A stretch of DNA of 63,392 nucleotides, counting the filler, from Conidiobolus incongruus B7586 (taxonomy: Eukaryota): NCBI GenBank assembly GCA_000697335.1. It is 19 parts of 19 records of this genome, joined end to end, with 100 filler letters (N's around TTAATTAATTAA, not from the genome) between each part and the next. Parts side by side here need not be neighbours in the genome. Positions count along the whole stretch, not along the records: positions 13,734 to 23,436 come from JNEM01004133.1; positions 23,537 to 31,792 come from JNEM01004134.1; 17 more parts are not named here. One strand, written 5' to 3'. Numbering within the stretch: position 1 is the stretch's first letter; each line of letters begins with the position of its first letter. The translations under genes and the position numbers were made by a program. The notes below the pieces were generated by a model that saw nothing but the letters and a program-made list of their open reading frames with translations, made no database searches and was not told where the DNA came from. Shown piece by piece: positions 14,061 to 27,674 of this stretch.

Positions 14061-17000
14061 ATTCTATAATTATAACAAATAATTTTATTATTATAAATAA
14101 AAATTAATATAAAAAATTAATTATAGTAAAAAAGTAGGATTGAAAAGGAAACCCTGGTTAAAATAAATAATATTAATAATTATTTTAAAAATAAATTATA
14201 TCATCAATGTGGGATTCAAAAAAAATGGTAAAAAACTCGAATTTTAATATTAATATTATACATATATTTTACTCATCGAATTGAAATAATAAACAAAATA
14301 TTTATTGGTAAATAAATTGAGAGATTAATATCAAAATTGTATAGTAATTATTGGTGATGTTATATAGAATAATTATAGAACATTATAATGATTAAGATAA
14401 TTATAATAAGATATAGATTTCATAATTGACTTAAACCGTAGTAAATTTATATAAAAAATAAAATTAAATTGGAGAGTATAAATTTTGTTATTAAGATTTA
14501 ATCCTGATATCGTGATAAGTACAACTATTATGTCATTTGTGTAACTAATATTTTTGTATATTGTTAATATGGAAATATACAAATCTGTACTTTGAATCAG
14601 TTCTTGTAAGTAAAATTAATAAAAAATCATTACCTGGAATATAAATAAAAGTTTATTTTCACAATCGTATAATTTTTATAGCTTGATTATATACACCAAA
14701 TAATTGAAAGGATTAAAATTGAGTAAATTGATTGACTAAACATTGAAGAATTAACTATATCAATATTAATATATAATTATTTCACAATTATATTATGAAT
14801 TATTAATAATTTCGCAAATTAAACTTATTCATTAGTATGAAAGGAGTACTAACATGTTATTTCAAAGAGTGTAAAGTTTAGGGTTTAAAAAAGGCAGTAG
14901 TGATTAAATATGATGAATATTGATACAAAAAAACTTTCGGGAGTCAATATAAATATAGGAAATATATTCCGAAAACCTAAGTAAATAAAAACGCAAGTGT
15001 AACATTGAAGAATAAAAAAATATCATGATAGATCATGATTAAATCATCTTTTAAATCAACTCAACTAATTTCTGATTGTAAATTAAAAAGGTTTAGGGAG
15101 GTTTTGGATTAAGTAATTTGTTTGAAATGCTTGGACTTTGATATACAATGAGAGAATTTTCTTTTCCAGAATTTTGAACCGTAAAAATTTTAAAAAAAGA
15201 TTAATGTCTTATATAAAAAACAGATAATATTAAGGTTTATAGACTTTGATTAAAGATATATTATTACAGTTTTAGAAATCTTTATTTTAATATGTTTTTG
15301 AAATTATTATTAATTATATTATTATTTCGTCACACCACATATATTTACATATTAAGATCACATATTTTAACTTGATTTGCTATTTATAATTCAGGATTAA
15401 TTTGATCCAATTAATTAATTAAGCCTCTTAAATTAGTTTCCTAATCTACACTGATTGGATAGTAATATATAAAATAATTAATAATTTAGAGTATCATATG
15501 ATAAATCTAATTTGTCTTGTCTCGGGTAAAGGATATAAATTAGAATTTAAGATTACTTATTTTGATAACTTCGCTTTTAAAAGGAATTTTGAATATTTCT
15601 TATATCACTTAGTAATCTCAATATTACTCACAGTTAAAATCTTAGTTATTGAACTCGATGAAATTAGTCTATATTATTGAAATTTTTAAACATAAACAGG
15701 GATTAGTGTTTAAAATAAAATAAAATAAAAGATAAAATTCAAGTTAATAAGAATAATATTTTGTTAACGATTTTTCTTTAATTTGGAAAATAAAATAGAA
15801 ATAATAAATGAAAATTATTACGAAGGAATAAAACCTATAAATTATCAATAAACAAAATATTATATTTTTCAGTGTAATCTATATTATGATGACTATGAAT
15901 TTAAAAATGGTAATTTCCGATATTTAGGTATGAAGAATGATGACATAATAGGAAAAAAAATCAATATATTTGTCAAATCTATTTGAAACAAGTTTTAAAT
16001 ATTTAAACATAATATTTATATTTTTGAATTTTAAAAAATTTCAAAATACTTGATCATTTTTAATCAATTATATTCTTTAAACATTATAATTATTTTAGCG
16101 ATATATTATTTATCATACATTGATGTTCATATGAATGATTATGATATTTTTATCGAATAAAATATATTATAAATATTTTTTTGATTTAAAATTGTGATAA
16201 TGATGATAAAATTATGATTCATTCATATTATAATTTGAAGGTATATTTTATCATTTCAAATTCAATAGAAGTCAATTTTTTTTAAATTTTACAAAAATAA
16301 AAATTATATCATTCTATGTATTTTGATAATGAATTAAATACTAGTTTATTCGCGATATCTTGGCAAATAATGCATCGTTTCAATCAATATAAATTGTTAA
16401 CGAGCTATTTTAGATATGAAAAGTACTTGAAGATCAACTAATACATGCAATTAGTTTTATAGACTTGAGGAATGATATATATAAGATTATGTTTAAAACG
16501 CTTCAGAAAATAGTGCAAATCACTTAGACATTGTAGATGGGCTTTAATGAAAAAGTGATGATTATCAATATAATTGAATGGATTCAAAGTAATAAGACAT
16601 GACAATACTTTGAATCATTATAAGTATTTTAACAAATGATGATTTCATCTTTTACTGCTAATTTCAAAAATTTTACTTATGATAACATAATTGAATTTTT
16701 TATGTAATATTATAAATTGAAAAATAGCATAAATTTTTTATGTGGATTTGAAAATAAAGTTATTTTTTTATTAAATTCAAAAATTAATTCAATATATATA
16801 TATATATATTTAAAAATTATAATAAATAATTTTTAAGTAATTAAATTACTAATTTAATTGAAAATCCAAGTAATTCCGAATAAGAATTAGTAATTTTAAC
16901 TAACCCTGAAAATTAATAAATAATAATGGTATTGAAAATTTAACACTATTCGAAAGTTTTATTAGTTTAACAAATTAAAAAAGCTTAAAATAATATTTCT

Positions 17001-17391
17001 TGTCAATGACTTTAAAGGAATTGTCTAGATTTAGTTGTTACTGTAACCTATATTTAATATAAACAGTGAAAATACAGTTATATATCAATTGAGTTATTAT
17101 TTATTTTTCAAATACAATTATTATGACCAAATATTAAATAGTTTTGATATTTTCAAGGGATTTTATTTTGGTTTAATCAAAGATATGATTATTAATTATT
17201 GTTTAGTTAAATATATACTATTGAATCCAGCCAATAAATAAACAAGACTTCAAGATATTGAAGATGATTTAAATAATTAATTTGGAAGGAATTGAAGATG
17301 AGAGCAGTACATAATGAATGATATTATGTACTATTAAAATAATAAATTGTGTAATTGATGACAGGGAATGTGAAGGATTGGTGTTATAAAC

Positions 17392-18321
17392 TTATATATA
17401 CAATTCACTGCTTGAGTTACTCTTAATACTACTTTGACGACACAGCAACTTGCCACCCAGTAGCCAGCTACTGTGACGATAGAGAATGATATTCAAAGCC
17501 ATCATCAGATACAATGCTTGTTGAGACTCTAGACGGTTGGTTAAGAATTCCAAGTCGCCAAATTGCTCATTGGAGTTTGTGAGAGAGAATCTGCCGTGAG
17601 TAAAGTACAGATCATCAAAAAGGATCCAGCCGTTACGAGAAGCATCATAGTTCCAACTGAATGTCTGGATTTGGTAAGATTGGGTGGTTTTATCTTGAGG
17701 TTGATTGGAAGAAGATACTCGGCGCTTGCAGAGATTGACATTGTAATTTCCTAAAGAAGCATCAATAGGAGTCAAAGTGACCCATTTGTAAATAGATTTT
17801 GATGAAGGGACTTGCAAAGTTATTGTGAGATCGCCTAGTGGTGGCTGATAAACTTTACCAATCTGCAACTTGCGATCTGTGGTGAGTAAGGCCTGCTCAT
17901 TACTGGTAGGATAGAAGCGATAGCATAATTCGCCATCCTCATTAGTCAAATACCATGAGTTGCTGAAAAATTTGCCTTTGCGCATAATATATCTCTTTTG
18001 GATTATTTTTGGAGGGATCCAGTAGTCGAATCCCGATGAAGACTCCTTGTCACTACTAAGAGTAGTAGATGAGGTATGAGAAGTAGTAGTGGAGTTAGAT
18101 TTCCTTTTGTGGTTTTGTAAGTTCTCATTAAATGCTTTGAAAGAGTTAAGTTCATAGATTTTAGTGGGACTAGGGAGATCTTGTGTGATGGGCTCTGATG
18201 ATGATGGCAAAGTGAGCTGAAATTTGTTAATTCGTCTTTTTATAGAAAGATTGGGACATTGTGATAGACGCACTGAAGGAAAACGTTTTGTGATTTGAGT
18301 AAGTACAGCAGTATCAGCCAT
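17392..18321 (-). CDS. Hypothetical protein, 309 aa; Ser/Thr-rich N-terminus and probable Tubby-C/LURP-one-like beta-barrel domain
   Basis: Intronless ORF with GC content above background and a minus-strand TATAAATA at 18462-18469. RYIMRKGKFFSNSWYLTNEDGELCYRF, a run of beta-strand-like segments and a terminal hydrophobic helix (QALYLMMALNIIL) resemble the LOR/tubby/scramblase architecture. The fold assignment is inference. Confidence 0.75.
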   Translation of the reverse strand: MADTAVLTQITKRFPSVRLSQCPNLSIKRRINKFQLTLPSSSEPITQDLPSPTKIYELNSFKAFNENLQNHKRKSNSTTTSHTSSTTLSSDKESSSGFDYWIPPKIIQKRYIMRKGKFFSNSWYLTNEDGELCYRFYPTSNEQALLTTDRKLQIGKVYQPPLGDLTITLQVPSSKSIYKWVTLTPIDASLGNYNVNLCKRRVSSSNQPQDKTTQSYQIQTFSWNYDASRNGWILFDDLYFTHGRFSLTNSNEQFGDLEFLTNRLESQQALYLMMALNIILYRHSSWLLGGKLLCRQSSIKSNSSSELYI

Positions 18322-21300
18322 TGAAGGTAATTAAAATATATAGTGAATGTGAATGGTTGGATATGACTATGAAGGTGTTAAATATTTACAACAGAGAAAT
18401 GATAGAGTTGATTTAGGTAGTTTTCATAAATTCCCTGAGTGAGAAGAAAAGGAGTGAGTGGTATTTATAGGGAACCAGATAGAGTGGGTGAGAATTGAGT
18501 GATTGCATGAGTTGATTAAACCCTAATACTGAATCCTAATTAACCAATGAAAGGAACACATGCCCAATATGGCATATGTTGGGATGGGTGATAAATTTAA
18601 ATTTGAATTTGAGTGACATAAATGGATTTTAATGAGTGTTGAGTGAGATTTATTACATAATCAGATTGATTCGATATTCGAATCAATATCAACCAGTCTA
18701 AATCAAACTAATTTATGAGGTAAGAATGAATACAAGATTAAAGAGAAATGATACTACTAAAACCCCGATTCAACTAAAAGTGTAGGCGATAAGGGATAGG
18801 ATAAAGCAGGTCAATTACTACAAAAGAGCGCATTCAAACCCCTTCCTTCCCAAATTGACTTAATACAATTTCAGAGAAGACTACTGTATAATAGTTGGAT
18901 AATTAATTGAATCAATTTAGGATTTTTAATCATTTCTAATCGATATGTTTGGGATTTCTAATACACAAAACTACATTTTCCGTGTCCACTAAATCAATCT
19001 CCAGTCGATATGATATAAACCTGTAATACTTCAAATCTATAAACTCAGCTCCAGAGATTGAGAAGAATACTCTTAACCCTGGAAGTTCAGAAATCAATCT
19101 GTTCATATTAGATATCAATTATCATACAACATAACACTGTCTTTATCAGCGCATCTGATCAGAAAAAATCCAATTGAAAATGTGAAAGGGATAACAGTTA
19201 AGCAAAAGATTAATTTACATGTTAGCAACTCATCAGATAAATTTTATCACAAATATAACCATATTACTAAATTCTAAAAATACTCCAATTTTAGAATCAG
19301 GATGTTATTAGAAATAAAATCTACTTAAATACCTGTTCCTTAGAATAATAATGAATGAAATTATGAGATAATATTTTTTTTCAAAACTCTAAATTTTATG
19401 GTTAAATATTTTCTGATATAACTTTTGAACCCAGTTCAATCAAATTAAGTTTGAAATATAATACTTGAAATAGAAGTTTTGAAGTGTTTGTTATCCTAAT
19501 ATGGCAATATAAAAGTTGTGATTTGAAAAGAGACATGAAGATATTAATTTATTTGTTTCATAATAGCATTCAAATGTATACGAGTTCGAATTATAGCCAA
19601 TCAATCAAGCATCAGCTGTTAATATATTTTTAACAAATAATGACCTGTAAACTTGTGATTTCTATATTGGTATTTTCCAACTTCTCTTTAACAATTTTCT
19701 CAGAAATAAATTAAACCAATTATAATGATTTATAATTCATTCAAAATGATATTTTCTAATAATAATTGAATTAGTTTAAATGAAAAATTCATTAAGTACC
19801 TGCATACTAAACTACTTTAGCAAAGTCAAATATGTTTAATAATATATTATATTGAACTCGATGGTTGCGGACATTATATCGTATAGAAAGCTTTGACTAA
19901 ATTATACAAGGTACTATTGATAACAGTAGTATTATTAATAATAACAAGAATCGAGTTTAAGTATAATTTATAGAAAAACAAATGACGTAGATATTAAATC
20001 CAAAAGTAAGATAGAAATGATCAAAACTTTTTATGGCAGAATAATTCAACTGTTAAATTAAGCAATAGAAGCGTAATTTGAGAATGAAATTAGAAAGAAT
20101 TAATTAAAGCAAGTAAAATCAGGAATAATTATCCAATTTACTTTGCATAATTATTTTCAATTGATTATAATTTAATGCAAAATCATTGTTTATATGATTT
20201 ATAAATGGCAGAATCTGTGGTCTTTGATAAAATGTACAATGAAAATTTTTTACTTAAGCATTCGGATGTATATTAAATAGTGAATTTATCAATATATTAC
20301 TATAAAGTTTAATGATAAATATATGTGAACTTGATATTAGATGATAAATTATTTTATCATTCGATAAAATAATTAATTTTAAGCTTAATATCAATTAATA
20401 TTAAAAATAATTAAAAGTTTTTATTGTATTGATAAGGATAACTCTTTTTTAAACAATTTCAAAAATCAATACAGAAAATTTTAAATTAATTAAAAAATAA
20501 CGAATATCGATAACAATAAAGAATTATTATTTGATAGAGTTAATTAAAGTAGTTTTGAGTGCTAGCCAAATAGGGCCAATCACATAAATCTATTCGATGA
20601 AATATAACTCAACGAGTAATGATTCGGGTGAAGGTTAAATCGAATTGAGATGTAATCAAACTGGAATTGGGGTAATTTCATAATGAAATGAATTCCTGGA
20701 ACCTAAAACAGTTGAAGAGCAATGATTATTTACAATAAATATAAGATTTAAGGATTGTATTATAAAATCAATTAGCTGAATCAAGACGATTACTGAGTTT
20801 TTAGCCTTAATAATTTAATTGATAATTAAAGGAGTTATCAATTTTGGAATGATGTGAATTTAGCGTCCTTTTATCACCCTCAACAATTTATTATTTAAGT
20901 TTTTTAAGTCACAAATTTGTACTCTTTTTTAAAATATATACCATTATATACATTGAATTATATATAATCTAATTAAAAACCATTAAAACCAACCCTAATA
21001 CATAAATTTATATTAAATAATTTAATATTATTTATTTTAATCAATTTTAAATCCGATTTATTTTACAAATAAGGGTTGATCTAACTATTATGACATAATG
21101 ATCAATTGATTAATGTTTTGATTTAATTTAGCATTAAAAATATTTTGATTATTTTAAAATTTATAGAAATAACTAATATTATTTGTTATTATGTATCTAC
21201 TTTTAGGATCATTATCGTCATTATATTATAATGATTCTCTCCATCTTATTTTCTGCTTACACTATATGAAATCATTCAGATTATTCTTTCTCAATTTTGA

Positions 21301-23536
21301 AAAAAATAAAAAATATTTTCTTCAATTGATACTCATTATGAAATTATATTTCACATATTTAAATTACAATATATTATTTCTCTTTTATGAAAAATTTATC
21401 ATTTATCGATTAATTTATGTTCGAATTTAAAGTTAATTTGGTTAATTTAAAATAATTAACATATGACTTTTGTGTTCGAAAGGAAAAAAATTTATTATTA
21501 AATTACACAATATAAAACATATTATATTAATTTTTCCATTTATAATCAAATTTAGTTATGTTTAAATGCATTGATATTCTATAACTATATCCTTACGCAT
21601 TAAAAATACCATTGCTTTAAATCACAAAACACAAAAACAATAAATCTTTATACTTACCTTTTCACAGTTATATTCTTATTGTCAAAAAGCATTACATATA
21701 CTATCTACTTATTTTTATCCAATTAAAATTTAAAGCGAGTAAGTGATATCATTTACCTAAATTATTCAAATAAATTTAAATCGAAATCAAATAATCCTCA
21801 AATAACTAGAGATAAGAGTTAGAGTTACTTGAATAAGCAATACTTAATATTTTGGATTTTAATAAAGAATATATCCAAAATAAATTTTCAATAATGTCAT
21901 TAATATTTGTATTCTGGAACTTAAAAAATTCGCAATATTTACCAAATTTTGGATAATGCAAAATTAAAAATAAAAAATATATATGCATTTGTTTTATTAA
22001 ATATTGCTATTTAATGAATCTTTTCCTATTATATTATAAATTTCGAGCTCTTATCCTTTTAATCTCTTTAATATTTGGCTTTAAACAGAGTTATTTTATT
22101 GTTTCTTTTATATAAAAAGCATTAATATTTATATTCAAATTTTAGAATTATGTATTATAATTATCCTAATAATTATATTAAATATGAGAATAATTAATTT
22201 TTTTAACGTTATTTATTATTGAATTAAATCTAGTTTTATTTTACTTATCTTTTTGAAAATCATGCATTATATTAAATATTTTCAATATTGTGTTCATTTA
22301 ATCATTTTTATACAAGTTCAATATAACTAATTTCAAGTGAAAATTTTTATATTAATGTCATTTTATTACATAAATGATGTCCAATTTTTTAAAGTATATC
22401 TTTCAATTTTTGTACTAAAAATCAATGCATATATATAATTTTTATTAAATTTGTTTTTAATCATTTAAAGTATCTTTATCAAGTTAATTGAAATAACCAA
22501 AATTATTATTTATATTTTTATTTATTAAATTCTAACTTTATCCTGTTAATATTATATTGATTGGATTTTACCTTTATATTTCATTGTAATTAAAAAATCA
22601 AACTATTAACCAAGTTCTTAATTAAAATTAACTTTAAAAAAGTTTTACTCTTTATTATTTAAAAAAATTAGATATAGAAAGTTTTGATTTTTAAATATTT
22701 ATTAAATAAAAAAATAAATCAAATTAAATATATTGATAATAATTATTATAATTATAATTATTTATTTAATAAATAATTTTTATAGAATTTTTGGTTTTGA
22801 AATATAGTATAATAAGAAAAATTATAATAAATTTCAAACTGATTTAAAATTTTTAATTGAAATATATATTAATAACTTATTAAATAGATTATTAAGTAGA
22901 ATATATACTAATTTAAAAATTAAATATTAATTTTAGTAATTTCATTTAATTAATAAATATATAACTTTTCATAATATAAGAGTATTAATATAATGATTAT
23001 ATTATTTACTAAAAAGCTAATAAAATAAAAAAAACTTCGGTATATGATAATATATTATGGCCAATAAAATTTAAATATATTATATGGCTATTATATATTA
23101 TTAAATATAGAATTAGAAACAGAAATCTATCTTAATATATTTCATATTAAAAATAATAAAACAAGAAGTTAATGTTATTATAAATATTTTTTTAAAATAC
23201 TTAAAAAAATCATACCATTAGTATTAGGACTTACCCCTTTAGAGACTATAAACTCTATATAAAGTTTGGAAAAATATTATCAAATTTAATTAATTTAGAT
23301 AAAGTTAAATAATATAAAATAAAGTCAACATGTATAAAAAAATAAAATTATAAAGTTCTTAATATAAATAAAATTATATAAAAATTATTTTTAATATTAT
23401 TATTATTATTTTAATTTAAACTTTAATATAAACTATNNNNNNNNNNNNNNNNNNNNNNNNNNNNNNNNNNNNNNNNNNNNTTAATTAATTAANNNNNNNN
23501 NNNNNNNNNNNNNNNNNNNNNNNNNNNNNNNNNNNN

Positions 23537-24609
23537 AAATTAAATAATTATAATAAAAAATGAATTTATAAATTAGTTAATATAAGTAAGTATAATATTA
23601 CTATAAAATTATAGAAAAGATTATAAAATTATATAAGAATATTAATCAATATTAATATCATTATATATACTTTATATCATAATAAATATTACTTATATCT
23701 TAAAAAAATACCCCTAATTAAAAAAATGCCATTATAAAATTAAATAGGAGTTTAAATATTATTATTAAAGTTAAATTAAAATTAATTAAAATAAGGTTAT
23801 TTAATTTAATAAAACAAAAATATATTTTAGTAAATTTAATAAAAAAATTAAATATATTAGAAAAGATAAAAAATTACTTTATAACTATTATGTTATTTTA
23901 ACCTAAACATATAATAATAAGTTAATTATAATTTAAAGATGTATATTATTTTTTAGTATAAGGTATCTTTAAAATATTAATAAAGGAATTAATATTGAGA
24001 TATATTAAAATATTTTAAAAAATAAATTAAGAAAACTATTGAATAATATAAGTTAAATAAATTAAAAATTAATTTTTAATAAGATAATACCATTTATTAT
24101 ATTATTATTTTTATTACTAAATGGTTTAAAAATAATAAAATAATAGTTATGAATTTGTTTTTTTTAGTTTTTTAATTTTAATCTAATTAAATACCTTTGG
24201 GATTAATTAAAAAAAATAGTTAAAACTTTCCTACCAACAAAAAGTTTCAATAAATTTTAAAAATATATTTAAGAAACTTAAAACAAAATTAATCTTTCTT
24301 AATATAAGAAGTTAATTGACTTTACACCTTATAAACTTAAGGAAGTTAAAAAAGCAAAAGATAAATATATTAAGTTTTAATTTTCTTTTTATAACCAAAA
24401 CTTATAAATTTATAACTTACCTTAAGTAAAATTTAAATTTTAATATATCAACTAAAAGTTAATATAATTAAATTAATATATTTAATTATAAATAAATAAT
24501 ATAAGTTTATTATATATTTTAATTTAAATTAATTTAATTAAGAATTAACTAAGTTATTAATAAAAATATATATAATCATAATTTTATAACTTATTTTTAC
24601 AGGCTACTG
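23537..24609 (+). mobile_element. Tc1-like family A copy 2 (5' part lost in a gap; right terminal repeat present)
   Basis: Collinear with copy 1 from about 2976 onward (gtt att taa ttt aat aaa aca aaa ata = VIWSDETKI; ...aaa gca aaa gat aaa tat att aag ttt taa). Ends ...ttttataacttatttttacaggctactg|TA, a CAGT-type Tc1 terminus followed by the TA target at 24610-24611. Confidence 0.88.
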
Positions 24610-24611
24610 TA

Positions 24612-24988
24612 TTTTAAAAGCTAAATAAAGATAGCAAAAACTATTTAAAATTTGTTTATTGAAAAATACTGATTTTTATTACCATATCCATCATATTCAC
24701 CAGATATGAATCCTTGTGATTATGATTATTTTGGTAAGTTAAATAATTTGATTTAAGGAGAGAGATTTAATAATATTTTAACTTAATATTTCAAAGTTAA
24801 GGGTATGATTTTGAAAATAAATTATAAAAATTATGTAAAAGGGTTAAACAGTGACTATTAGTATGAAATTCTTTTATTGAAAAACAAAAAAGTTTAACTA
24901 TTAAACTTTATTATTTTTGCTCTAGCTTTATATATTTTATTAAAATATAAATTTAAAATTGATGAGCTTACTTTTGAAGTACTCAATA
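24612..24988 (+). mobile_element. mariner-like element, second family (C): 3' end with terminal repeat
   Basis: Direct translation from 24679 reads LPYPSYSPDMNPCDYDYFGKL..., the mariner YSPD motif with the third catalytic D. Ends gagcttacttttgaagtactcaaTA. Confidence 0.8.
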
Positions 24989-27674
24989 ATATTAATAATT
25001 AAAACTTGAATTTTTTTTATAATTAAAATATTGAAATAATAAAAATATTTTTCATTAAATTTCAAACTTCAATTTTGTTTTGAAATCAAGATTACTTATC
25101 ACATGATATAAAAGGATATTTATATTTAATGAAAATGTAATATCACTGTTTCTCAACAAATCATAAAAATATAATAATGATCAAAATATTTACTATTAAA
25201 ATTGTTAATAAATTTATTCATTTGATAATACTAAGGAATGAAAATATATTGTGATGGAAATTTTAACAGGAAATTTAGAGTTATATCAAAGTAATATGTA
25301 TTCAATATTATACGTGTTTAGTAAAATATTATAATGTTATAATGTTATAATGTTATTAGAGTGAAAAAAGACCGAATTAAATCAATAAGTGTAAATTTAA
25401 ATGTATTCGAATGTTATTAAATCGTTTATATATCCAAAATTAAAATGTCCAATATTGCAAATGATTAAAAAATTAGACTAATGATACTGGCTCATTGATA
25501 AATTGGTTGATATTTCCAGCTAGCTCAAGCATTATAATTTAACTCTTCTCAAGGCTGCGGATTAGAATACCACCTTTGGTGCTCATTATTTGGATATTCT
25601 GTAATAAAATTTTTAATTCTCCCATTTTCAATTTACATATTTAATTTTTGATTAATATCATTCAATTAAATCTATTCCTTTTTCTTATTAATTAATTAAA
25701 ATACAAAAAACTTTAATTCATCAAATAATTATTTTATTATCAAATACGAATATATTTTGTCATAGGACTATATATTTTTAATATATTACATTTCTTGACT
25801 GTATTGAAATTAATTAGTTATTAAGTAATAATTGGATTAAATACTAAACACAGTTTATTATATTTGAACTACACTGAATAATATAATAAAATATTATTTC
25901 CTTATCCTAATTACTTTTTAATGATATTTTTAGATAATATTTAGTGAATTGATTGTTGAATGGTTAACAGTTATCCATCATCTTTTGATCCAATGAATTA
26001 TTAATTTGAATTATTAGGATTAAATTTGACGGTGCTAGAATTTAAGATATTATTAAAATATATATATATATATATAATACAGTTTAACTAATGATTTCAT
26101 CCAAATAATTAATAATGTCACAAAATATCAGAGCCATAGAAGATTTCAACTTCCAATATCAATTAATAGACTACAAGGACATTATAACGCTACAAGGATT
26201 CATCAATATTTAAATAACTTATAACTTACCAGTCCTAACTCATCCATTTCTAATTTCAACAGACAACGATCACCAGGCAACGCCACATTCATATTCAACT
26301 TTGTAAAAGATAATGCACTCAATTTTGATTTTTTTTAAAACAACAATAATCAGAACCCATAGCACTCTGTAACGCGTTTCGATTATCAAATATAATCCAT
26401 AGAGTTCAATTTCACCAATATTTTATCGAGTGGGATATATTAAGCTAACCACAGTAGAAGAATCAAAATATATCAATATAAAGAAGAAACTTACTGAGGA
26501 AAGAGATGGAGTTATTGATACTGTTAGCTGTGAAATTTGGTTTCCAGATTAATTGAAGGATTGAGACTTTGAGATAGAGAATTTCCAGAATTGGAGAAAT
26601 TTTAATTATTTAATTATATAATTTTTTTAAAAGGTATGATTGACAGAGTATTTAATTTGTAAAATGACATAGCGAATATTTAATCTAGAGGATTGAATCG
26701 ATCGTTGCTATCAGACTAAACCCACATCAAACTATGAGTTATCGCTTTATTTATGTAGGTGGAAACAGAATATTCACACCATTCCAAATCGATATATTCC
26801 ACAGTCACAGTAGGAGTATCAACCTCTGCGGCCACAAAAGATGAAATATGTTCTCCTGAAGGATAAGCTCAAATTTACAGATCACTTTAATAGAATGTTA
26901 AGGAATTTGAATTATATTTTTATTGAGAAATTTAAGGAATTGGCAAATATAAACTAATAATATGTTCTTTCAGAAGTCTGGGCAAGATAGTATTTGGCAA
27001 GCTTTGATAATTTTAGGTGGTTTTATTGATAATTAATTATTTAAGTTCCTAGTGGTTTTACGTATCAAGTTATTAACATTGTAAATACATCAAAATTTAA
27101 CTATCTCAATTTTCTAAATAACTAACTGATCTCTTGATAGGAAGATACCATATTAGTCAACCGCTACTGGTGCAACTCCTACAAACTTCACTTCATTTTA
27201 AAACACTTACAGCTCAGCTACCAATTGGTGTTACATGCGATAGAAAACTGCTAAGACATAGACTATTTTGAATTGAACTGTTAATTTCGGTTACAATAAC
27301 TACCAGGTCTCACATTTCCCATACTTGTATTAATTTCTGTTGAAGAATCTGGAACCTGAATTACTGTATTACACTTGGGAAGTACCTGATTAGTAAGTTG
27401 AATTTAAATCATATTTAGATTATTTTTCAAAAAGATTAAAAGAAAAAGTAACATATACTGTATTTGAAAAGTATTCATTATTTTTAATTTAAAAATTGAA
27501 TAATACTTAAAATTTTATGAATTTTACTTAATAAATAAAAATTTATTAAACTATATTATTATTAATTAATTATATCAAATAAATAATAAATAATAAACAA
27601 ATATACAAAATAAATATTGGAACTAATTTATTAACTATTTTAAAAAGAATATATAAATTACAATATATGTGGGA

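Noticed and set aside
14373..21988. Short Ile/Leu/Phe/Asn/Tyr-rich ORFs (14373, 15498, 18936, 21191, 21806; likewise 35493 and 52400)
   Set aside because: Composition expected from chance ORFs in AT-rich DNA; no motifs; 52400 runs into N's.
22900..23436. Relic-like sequence before the gap, possibly a retroelement integrase fragment
   Set aside because: No motif could be reconstructed with confidence.
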